Below, piece by piece: positions 19,579-27,029 of a stretch of 64,000 bases of DNA. The notes under the pieces are model-generated. The model saw only the letters and a program-made list of their open reading frames with translations, was not told the origin of the DNA and did not search any database. Within the stretch, counting starts at the first letter, position 1; each line of letters starts with the position of its first letter. Made by a program: the position numbers and the translations under genes. The DNA is from Candidatus Latescibacterota bacterium (GTDB lineage Bacteria; Latescibacterota; UBA2968): assembly GCA_965207885.1 (NCBI GenBank), contig OZ242311.1:5248001-5312000 (forward strand). Reading direction: 5' to 3'.

Positions 19579-19607
19579 AAAATAGAAGTTTTGGTATTTT
19601 ATGTCAA
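19579..19607 (-). promoter_or_regulatory. sigma-70 promoter of the ileS leader
   Basis: TTGACA-17nt-TATTTT. Confidence 0.55.
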
Positions 19608-19615
19608 GCACTCAT

Positions 19616-20878
19616 CTACAAATCAGCAACTTCCTCTGAAACCCGTAGTCGCCGCCCCCTATCATCCTCCGATCTTGTAATTGCCCACGCGATCCAGCTC
19701 CATACACCCAACGCGCCCAATGCGACAAGCGGATATACTGATCCCGGTAACCGCCCAATATTGAAAACCCTGTAAGAAATGGTCCCCGCCAGTGCAATCA
19801 ATCCCGAAGTCATCCCCTTTGATGCGCGATAACCAAACGCATCGATCACTTCTTTTGCCCGGTACCTCGCATCAAACGAAAGCGGAATATAGAGCAACTC
19901 TTTTGCCGCACGAAACACCGAATAATCCAGCGTCTTAAACACCAGATAAGCCAACGCACCAGTAGTCAGAGTTGGATATACCAACAACACCCCACACGTT
20001 ATCAGATGAACCACCGGAATACCGAGATGGGCGGTTCGCAACGACACAAAATGCAGCAACAGGGGTGCAACACCAAACTGAAACACAAATGCACAGGCAT
20101 TCAACAACGCATAAAAATACCCCAAATAAGCGGTGCGTTCATCCTGTATCGGCAAAGCCGTCTCCACCAGCCCACTGAACCTCAAATCCAGCACCGCCGA
20201 CACCATCTGCGTCACAAAAATCAAGCCTGCGAGATAGCGCAAAGTTGGAATATCCCGAAACAAACCCAATGCCAGCTTGCCCCGCTTTTCTGGCTCCTGA
20301 ACTGGCACACCCCCCAGACCATAAGCCCACCACGCCAGAACGGCTGCTGGCAAAAGCGATAACCCTGCAAAAATCAACAGGTGTTCACTGCCTATCACCT
20401 TCGCCGTTTGCCCGACAATCAACCCCCCACAAATCGCACCCACCGACGCAATACCACAGATCGGACCATTGTACTTTCGCCCCTGATCATCTCGCAAGAC
20501 GCTATTGATAAACGACCAGTACTGTTCAATAATCAGCACAATATACGCTTCGCGCAGCACATATAACACCCCGACCGCCGGATGAAAACCAGATAAAATC
20601 CCCCCATAACACGCCAGAATACCCCCACCCGAAAGCACCGACGTCAAAAACAAAGTCTGCCGCGACCCAAACCGCGACAACAACACCCCATATCCCCAAA
20701 CCATACCGAACGTACCCAGAGGCGCCAGCGTCATAACAAAAGGCAAATTGTGCGCCCCATACGCCCCAATAAACAACGACGTGGATACACTCCGCACAAA
20801 CTCATATCCACACAACAAAAAGCCCGCTGCAAATCCGACCATCAACGCACCGGCAACAGGTCGCCTATCTATCGCCAT
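19616..20878 (-). CDS. NTT/TLC-like (Npt1/Npt2) nucleotide transporter family MFS protein
   Basis: ~12 TM helices; YEFVRSVSTSLF, EQYWSFIN, FKTLDYSVFRAAKELLYIPL..RYRAKEVID.FGYRASKG. Confidence 0.8.
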   Translation of the reverse strand: MAIDRRPVAGALMVGFAAGFLLCGYEFVRSVSTSLFIGAYGAHNLPFVMTLAPLGTFGMVWGYGVLLSRFGSRQTLFLTSVLSGGGILACYGGILSGFHPAVGVLYVLREAYIVLIIEQYWSFINSVLRDDQGRKYNGPICGIASVGAICGGLIVGQTAKVIGSEHLLIFAGLSLLPAAVLAWWAYGLGGVPVQEPEKRGKLALGLFRDIPTLRYLAGLIFVTQMVSAVLDLRFSGLVETALPIQDERTAYLGYFYALLNACAFVFQFGVAPLLLHFVSLRTAHLGIPVVHLITCGVLLVYPTLTTGALAYLVFKTLDYSVFRAAKELLYIPLSFDARYRAKEVIDAFGYRASKGMTSGLIALAGTISYRVFNIGRLPGSVYPLVALGALGVWSWIAWAITRSEDDRGRRLRVSEEVADL

Positions 20879-20901
20879 TATTTTTCTCCGCACACTTTAT
20901 C

Positions 20902-23085
20902 TCAATACCACTTCCACCCTAAATCATAAACCAGACCGAGTGTCAGATTCCACCGATTGGCAATACCATCAACAGGCGTATTGCGAATTTTATTGACACG
21001 ATACAAAAAATTGTTCTGCTGTACAGACAAACTCAACTCGCCAACCAATGGAAAAGCGAGCGAATTATAATTCTCTAAAGACACCACATGCCGATCTGTA
21101 AACCCCGTAAAACTGCGCACCCGCGAGCGAAACTTTCCGCTGCCCAATGATCGCCGATAGTCCAAATACACTTCCGCTCCTATGTCATTTGCGTCAACCG
21201 CCAGATCGCGCTGTGCGCGGGCACCCAACCTGACGGTCAAGGTCCGCCCAAAACGCCGTTGAAAACCAGCACTACCGCGCAGAAGCCTGGGCCGCTGTCC
21301 CTCGACTTCGCGCAATGCGGTGCTATATCCCGCCAAAACAAAAGGATCAGCCACAGATTGCGTGCGATAGCGATATATCAAATCCGTTTCCAATTGATCT
21401 TCTGAACGCGTTAAATTGTCAAACGCCGTTCCAACTTGCCCAATCACCAGACTCTGATCAAGAGTAAGTAATTGTTTTCCCATATCTCTTACAACCATCA
21501 AATTCATCGCCGTATTCCAGGCCAGACTGGTCTTACCACTGAGAAATGACACGCGTTCTTTCTGCGCGCGATATGCAAGTGTTGTACCATCGATATAGTT
21601 GCGATTAAACGCGCCCTTGACAGTCCAATTCATGTGCCAAATTCCATTTGATCTCAGAGTGGCAAACTCGCGGGGAGCCAGCACAACCTGCGTATCTCGC
21701 AGTGCATAAACGACCATTTGGCGGAGCGGCATACCCGTAAACACAACATCTTTCCCTTTGCGAAACTCGCCATATCCATCGCCGCCATTCGCCAAAAATT
21801 CGACGACTACAACGCGATACAATTCGTTCTTTTGAATGGGACGTCCATTAATTGTATTTTTTCCCAAACCAGAAAAAATCAACCGCATTTCTTCTCGTGG
21901 CGCATTTTGGCTGCGTCGGAAAATGCTCAAAAGTTGCGCACCCGTCAGTCTCATCTTCACCAGACGGTCATCAAAAGGAATCAAATGATCGATATGGCCC
22001 ACTTTGAGCACGCGATTTGAAGGCACAAGCCCCAATCCTCCCCGATTGATAATACCCACCTCGCTATCCAAATATCGGCGCATCAGCCCCGTGACAGTAC
22101 GCCCTTGATCCCGATATGTCTTACCCGCAATCCGACCTATCCTCTGATTCGCGACCAGTTCGTATCTTTGCCTGAGATCGTTGACCAGCCGCTCTATCTC
22201 TGGGTCACGCTCCACAGAGCGACTCACTGGAATCTGCTCTGCCGAAACATCCACCACCTTCATATTGCCCTGAGTATCCGGCGAAAGGTGTAGCTCAACG
22301 CGACCAACAGACATCCCATTGCTCGGCGTGACGACCAGTGCCAGACCATTCACCAGACGGATCAGACTCGGCACCTGTAAACCGCGATCCAGATCGCTAA
22401 ATCCACCAGCGACAATCAGATCAACGCCCTCAACCTCGCGGGCAAAATTCAATGCACTCGTTTCATCCATATGCGCCAATACAATAACGCACTGCGCCTT
22501 TTTCTCGCGCAACACAACTGCCAATGAATCCACAACTTTGACGGGATCGCCAACCCTCAGACCCGACAGATGCCCCGGGTCAATTTTTTGTGCGACTTCT
22601 GGACCCAACACGCCGATAATCCCCACCTGAACACCGCCAGCCTTTACCATGGTATAACCCGGCAAAGGAGGCATTCCGCCATCTCTTCGCACGAGATTCG
22701 CCGCCAGCATTGGAAAATCAATTTCTTTTTGTCGCGCCTCCAAAATACCCCACCCCAAAGACAAATCGTGATTTCCCACCACCATAGCGGCATAATTCGC
22801 GCGATTCATCGCCGCACACATCGTTGCGCCCGCATCAAACCGCGACATCGCATTGGGTCCCAGAGCATCCCCCGCATCCAGAACAATCGCTGGCTCAGAA
22901 GTCTGCAATTTGCGAATCAACCCCACGCGCGCAGCCATCCCCCCGCGATCTCCTCGCCGCGTCAGTTGCCCAGACACATCGTTGCTGTGAATCACCGTAA
23001 GCCGTATATCTTCTGCACCCAAAGAAGAAGCGAACAAAAAACAAGCGAGGACGCAATAGATTCCCCACTGCTGCACCACGCTCAT
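20902..23085 (-). CDS. 5'-nucleotidase/metallophosphoesterase-like protein with C-terminal beta-barrel-like domain
   Basis: Signal peptide; HSND, LDAGD, GNHD, LAANL, LAH; 5'-NT C-domain NRGG and FLANGGDGY; ends YDLGWKWY. Confidence 0.8.
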   Translation of the reverse strand: MSVVQQWGIYCVLACFLFASSLGAEDIRLTVIHSNDVSGQLTRRGDRGGMAARVGLIRKLQTSEPAIVLDAGDALGPNAMSRFDAGATMCAAMNRANYAAMVVGNHDLSLGWGILEARQKEIDFPMLAANLVRRDGGMPPLPGYTMVKAGGVQVGIIGVLGPEVAQKIDPGHLSGLRVGDPVKVVDSLAVVLREKKAQCVIVLAHMDETSALNFAREVEGVDLIVAGGFSDLDRGLQVPSLIRLVNGLALVVTPSNGMSVGRVELHLSPDTQGNMKVVDVSAEQIPVSRSVERDPEIERLVNDLRQRYELVANQRIGRIAGKTYRDQGRTVTGLMRRYLDSEVGIINRGGLGLVPSNRVLKVGHIDHLIPFDDRLVKMRLTGAQLLSIFRRSQNAPREEMRLIFSGLGKNTINGRPIQKNELYRVVVVEFLANGGDGYGEFRKGKDVVFTGMPLRQMVVYALRDTQVVLAPREFATLRSNGIWHMNWTVKGAFNRNYIDGTTLAYRAQKERVSFLSGKTSLAWNTAMNLMVVRDMGKQLLTLDQSLVIGQVGTAFDNLTRSEDQLETDLIYRYRTQSVADPFVLAGYSTALREVEGQRPRLLRGSAGFQRRFGRTLTVRLGARAQRDLAVDANDIGAEVYLDYRRSLGSGKFRSRVRSFTGFTDRHVVSLENYNSLAFPLVGELSLSVQQNNFLYRVNKIRNTPVDGIANRWNLTLGLVYDLGWKWY

Positions 23086-23198
23086 GCGTCCTCCTTTGCC
23101 AGGGACTTCAGTGCCAACTCATCCAACGCGATGTCTTTAACCCAGCCGGTATTGATATCGTAAGCCATCGAAAGTGGAATGCGAATTACGTGATCATG

Positions 23199-23231
23199 CG
23201 ACATAATGTCTCATAGCGACATTATGCCGTG
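23199..23231. promoter_or_regulatory. tandem imperfect palindromes, putative enhancer sites
   Basis: GCGACATAATGTCTC and GCGACATTATGCCGT, resembling the sites at 24787-24851. Confidence 0.4.
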
Positions 23232-23273
23232 AATAACGAATAAGACGATGTGCAAACGGACAATAATGATGGT

Positions 23274-24686
23274 TCAGATTTTCTGAGGAGTAACGCCGTA
23301 CTCTGTGATTTTCCGCTGTAGCGTTCGCACACTGATACCCAAAATTTCGGCACTCTGAGTGCGGTTGCCGCCGGTATGCCTGAGCGTATCCAAAATCATC
23401 TTCCTTTCTGCTTCGTCCAGCCTTCTCGGCACGAAATCCGATTTCTGAGATTCTGCATCTTCGGGGGAAGCGATTCTATCATCAATTGGCAAAATGGACT
23501 CGATATCTTTCTCTCCAATTGCCCTGTTTCCGTCTGCGGCATAGATCACCAGACGCTCCACCATGTTTTTTAGTTCCCTGACATTTCCCGGCCAGTCGTA
23601 TTCAGCCATACGGTCGAGACACCGATCCGCTATTTCGACGGGAGCGATCCCGTTCTGATCTGCAAAACGCTCGGCAAAAACCCGCACCAGCAGAGGGATA
23701 TCCGACTTCCGGGCTCTAAGGGGAGGAACGGGAATATGAATGACGTTGAGGCGGTAGTACAGGTCTTCCCTGAATCGTCCCATTTTGACAGCCGTCGTCA
23801 GATTCATATTCGAGGCCGCGACGACGCGCACGTTGATATCGATCAATTGGCTCGCTCCTACATGTCGGACTTTCTGTTCCTCAAGCACGCGCAATAATTT
23901 CGTCTGCACCTGCATATCTAAGTCCCCTATTTCGTCGAGGAAGAGGGTCCCCCCCTGAGCTGCTTCAAAAAGCCCCTGTCGGTCCTGTGTCGCCCCGGTA
24001 AAAGAACCTTTCTCATGTCCAAATAACTCACTATCAGCCAATCCCACCGGCAGAGCCGAGCAGTTGATGGCAACAAACGGCCCATTGCTCACGGCACTGA
24101 GTGAGTGAATAGCACTTGCTACCAACTCTTTTCCAGTACCGCTTTCGCCCGTAATCAAAACCGTCGATTTGAACGGTGCCGCACGGCGGATCTGATTAAA
24201 CACCACCTCCATCGCATTAGAGGTCCCCAGCAATTCGCCGAATTCCGTCCTCGCCTCCACCCGTTTATCTGAAACGTGGTCAAATACCCGCTTGCGTTCA
24301 AGCGCACGATGTACGGCAGTCAGCAGATCGTTGGCATCAACCGGTTTGACCACATAATCAACGGCACCCAGCCGCATGGCCTGTACCGCTTGTTTTACAG
24401 TCGCATAAGAGGTGAAGATAACTACCGGCAGCGGTGGCGTCAGTGTGATAGCGATGTTCAGCAACTGCATACCACCCGACATGTTGATATCTATGATCGC
24501 CACATCCAGAGACTGCGTTTTGAGCAACTGCTCCGCGATGGTGCCATCAGTTGCTCCGACAACTTCATCACAACCGTTCTCTCGCAGGATTTTGGTCACA
24601 TTTGCCAGATTTTTCGGGTTGCTATCGGCAACAAACACGCTGCCAGGAAAAGGCGTATAAGCGATTGGACTGGAAGATGCCTGCAT
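23274..24686 (-). CDS. NtrC-family sigma-54 response regulator
   Basis: Receiver domain, GESGTGKE, ELFGHEKGSFTGA, LFLDEIG, FREDLYYRLNV, WPGNVREL, Fis-type HTH. Confidence 0.95.
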   Translation of the reverse strand: MQASSSPIAYTPFPGSVFVADSNPKNLANVTKILRENGCDEVVGATDGTIAEQLLKTQSLDVAIIDINMSGGMQLLNIAITLTPPLPVVIFTSYATVKQAVQAMRLGAVDYVVKPVDANDLLTAVHRALERKRVFDHVSDKRVEARTEFGELLGTSNAMEVVFNQIRRAAPFKSTVLITGESGTGKELVASAIHSLSAVSNGPFVAINCSALPVGLADSELFGHEKGSFTGATQDRQGLFEAAQGGTLFLDEIGDLDMQVQTKLLRVLEEQKVRHVGASQLIDINVRVVAASNMNLTTAVKMGRFREDLYYRLNVIHIPVPPLRARKSDIPLLVRVFAERFADQNGIAPVEIADRCLDRMAEYDWPGNVRELKNMVERLVIYAADGNRAIGEKDIESILPIDDRIASPEDAESQKSDFVPRRLDEAERKMILDTLRHTGGNRTQSAEILGISVRTLQRKITEYGVTPQKI

Positions 24687-24786
24687 CGGTGGTATAAACC
24701 TCTATCAAAATTGAAATTATTTAAGCGAAATCAAATAAAGTTACATCATTACTATGTGGAATACAACCTGTTCATGTTATGCACTA

Positions 24787-24851
24787 CGTCAAAATGACTG
24801 GTAACGACAAAATGTCGTAGTCACAATGTCGTAGTCACGACTCCGATTGTC
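24787..24851. promoter_or_regulatory. putative enhancer (UAS) array
   Basis: CGTCAAAATGAC, palindrome CGACAAAATGTCG, direct repeat AATGTCGTAGTCAC x2, about 65-130 bp upstream of a -24/-12 promoter. Confidence 0.5.
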
Positions 24852-24914
24852 AAGCTCCGGTCCCGATATCGTACAACACGATGTAATAATCACCAAATTG
24901 GACGACTCTAAGAG

Positions 24915-24930
24915 TGGCACGGGATTTGCT
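24915..24930 (+). promoter_or_regulatory. sigma-54 promoter
   Basis: TGGCACGGGATTTGCT, an exact GG-N10-GC match. Confidence 0.85.
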
Positions 24931-24967
24931 CTTATTTTGCCTGACAGCAAAAAAAGTATCATTCAAT

Positions 24968-26605
24968 ATGGAGAAAGGAATTGCCATGGAAATAGCAAAT
25001 ATGTTTGCAGGTTGGGAATGGTGGGAGCAATACTTCTCACCCTTTGCACATATCATCTTACCTTTTACTATCCTCGTGTTCGGGTGGATAGTGGCTCATC
25101 TGGTGTCCTGGGTCGTCCGTCGAGTTCTGCTCAAAACGCAAGTAGATGACAGATTGCTCGAACTGGTCATGGGCCGCGACGCCGCCGCGAACATCCACGT
25201 TGAACGCTGGATCAGCAAGGCAGTGTTCTATCTGGTGATGATCTTCGTGCTCGTTGCCTTCTTTCAGATACTCGACCTGACGACAGTGACCGTCCCCCTC
25301 AACGCGATGCTGAGCCAAATTTTGATCTACTTACCCAAGCTGTTGGGCGCTGCCGCGCTGCTTTTGATTGCCTGGCTCGTGGGTAGCCTGTTGCGAAGAA
25401 TCGTAACGGCCGTGCTATCACGAGCAAATATCGAGCAACGTTTGGCTGAACCAGCCGGGCTTGAGACCGCAACAGAGAGCGGACTGCCGCAGACAATCGG
25501 CAACGTTGTGTACTGGCTCACCTTTCTCGTGCTACTCCCGGCCATCCTGGATGTCCTGGGCTTGCAGGGATTGCTACAACCAGTACAGCAGATGATGGCC
25601 AAAATTATCGGCTTTCTGCCCAACCTGTTTGCCGCCGCCCTCATCATGCTAATCGGCTGGCTCGGTGCGCGCATCGTCCAGCAGATAATCACCAACGTCC
25701 TCGACGCCACCGGGATAAACAATTTTGGTCGTCGCGTGGGACTGGCAACTGGACTGGGTATCGAAAGCCTTTCGGGGCTTGCCGGTACATTATCTTATGC
25801 GATCATCTTGATATTCGCAGCGATCACCGCCCTCGAATCGCTAAACTTCGAGGCTATTTCTAATCCCGCCAGTTCCATGCTGGAGGGAGTATTGACCGCA
25901 GTGCCGTCTATCCTGGTCGCTGGAGGCATCCTCCTCATCGGGTATCTGGTGGCTCGATTAGTATCCCGCATAGTTGATGATGTGCTCAGGCAAATGGGCT
26001 TCAACACGCTGCTACAACGCCTCGGAATAGCGGAAGTGACCGTTGCTGAGGAACAATCGCCTTCCATCGCGGAGGCAACCTCTGAGGGGGACCGCCCGTC
26101 TTCAACAATGGAGACAACCTTTGCGTTGGATCGTCCACCTTCGCAACTGGCGGGATATGTCGCCATGGTGGCGGTCCTCCTCTTCTCGGCCATTGAGGCA
26201 ACCGCGCAACTCGGATTTCAAGAACTGGCAAGCATGTTAGTGATGCTGACGCTGCTATTTGGCAAGGTTATCCTGGGCGTGGTGATCTTCGGTTTCGGGC
26301 TTTACCTCGCGTCCGTGTTCGGGCGCATCGCGTCCAGAAAAGGAGGTGCCTATGGCAGCATACTCAGTGCAATCGTCCGGATTGCAATCGTGGCACTGTC
26401 TCTCTTTATGGCGCTCGGGCAAATGGGCATCGCAAACGAGATTATTACCCTCGCCTTTGGACTCATCCTCGGTTCAGCAGCAATCGCCGCAGCGATCGCG
26501 TTCGGCATGGGAGGGCGTGACCTGGCGAAAAAACAGATGGAGCAATGGACACAGAGTCTCGAAGAAATAAATAACAATAGCCCTTCGGACTCAAAGGAAG
26601 AGTAA
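24968..26605 (+). CDS. TM_helix-repeat mechanosensitive-channel-associated membrane protein (CmpX-like)
   Basis: Repeated 'YLPKL/FLPNL/AVPSI..A..I..GW...R' units; C-terminal AIAFGMGGRDLA; start may be 24986. Confidence 0.8.
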   Translation: MEKGIAMEIANMFAGWEWWEQYFSPFAHIILPFTILVFGWIVAHLVSWVVRRVLLKTQVDDRLLELVMGRDAAANIHVERWISKAVFYLVMIFVLVAFFQILDLTTVTVPLNAMLSQILIYLPKLLGAAALLLIAWLVGSLLRRIVTAVLSRANIEQRLAEPAGLETATESGLPQTIGNVVYWLTFLVLLPAILDVLGLQGLLQPVQQMMAKIIGFLPNLFAAALIMLIGWLGARIVQQIITNVLDATGINNFGRRVGLATGLGIESLSGLAGTLSYAIILIFAAITALESLNFEAISNPASSMLEGVLTAVPSILVAGGILLIGYLVARLVSRIVDDVLRQMGFNTLLQRLGIAEVTVAEEQSPSIAEATSEGDRPSSTMETTFALDRPPSQLAGYVAMVAVLLFSAIEATAQLGFQELASMLVMLTLLFGKVILGVVIFGFGLYLASVFGRIASRKGGAYGSILSAIVRIAIVALSLFMALGQMGIANEIITLAFGLILGSAAIAAAIAFGMGGRDLAKKQMEQWTQSLEEINNNSPSDSKEE

Positions 26606-26670
26606 CACTATTCTCGATATTTGGATTGGTGTTTGGAATATCTGTATAACACTGTGATCGCTAAGGAATA

Positions 26671-26704
26671 GAAGCCCTGGGCGTTGAATAATGTCTGGGG
26701 CTTC
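26671..26704 (+). terminator. hairpin downstream of the TM_helix gene
   Basis: GAAGCCCTGGGCGTT/AATGTCTGGGGCTTC; weak U-tract. Confidence 0.45.
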
Positions 26705-26751
26705 TGTGTACAAATGCTTGACAGATAGACTCATAGCAGATTATTTAGGAT

Positions 26752-26901
26752 TTGACAGCTATAGTAAAACCGGAAATTTTTGGCAGCACTCTGACTTTGA
26801 CAGCACCGCGAGATGGCCTGGTGATCGGACGGATCATATCGCCCCTGGTGCATCGCGGCGATGCGGTTTTGCATCTGGCGACGGAGATCGCTACACACTA
26901 A
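26752..26901 (+). pseudogene. 3' remnant of an AstE/AspA (succinylglutamate desuccinylase/aspartoacylase) family gene
   Basis: Frame reads IFGSTLTLTAPRDGLVIGRIISPLVHRGDAVLHLA*, matching the family C-terminal pattern AP.DG.VIG....PLV..GDA..H.A. Confidence 0.55.
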
Positions 26902-26943
26902 GTGGTCTGTCAAAAAAATTCGCTGATATATTTTTTTGATAGG

Positions 26944-27018
26944 CTGGATTGCGGCTTACACCATGCCGCAATGACAACCGTCGCTCGTCACGCCTGCATG
27001 TTTTAAGCAGGCGTCCAG
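26944..27018. repeat. inverted pair of REP-like elements
   Basis: CTGGATTGCGGC..GCCGCAATGAC (26944-26975) and GTCACGCCTGC..GCAGGCGTCCAG (26987-27018). Confidence 0.85.
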
Positions 27019-27029
27019 TGGATTAATTT

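Noticed and set aside
24787-24851. AATGTCGTAGTCAC direct repeat as a mini CRISPR
   Set aside because: Two adjacent 14-mers without spacers and no cas genes; better explained as enhancer sites.
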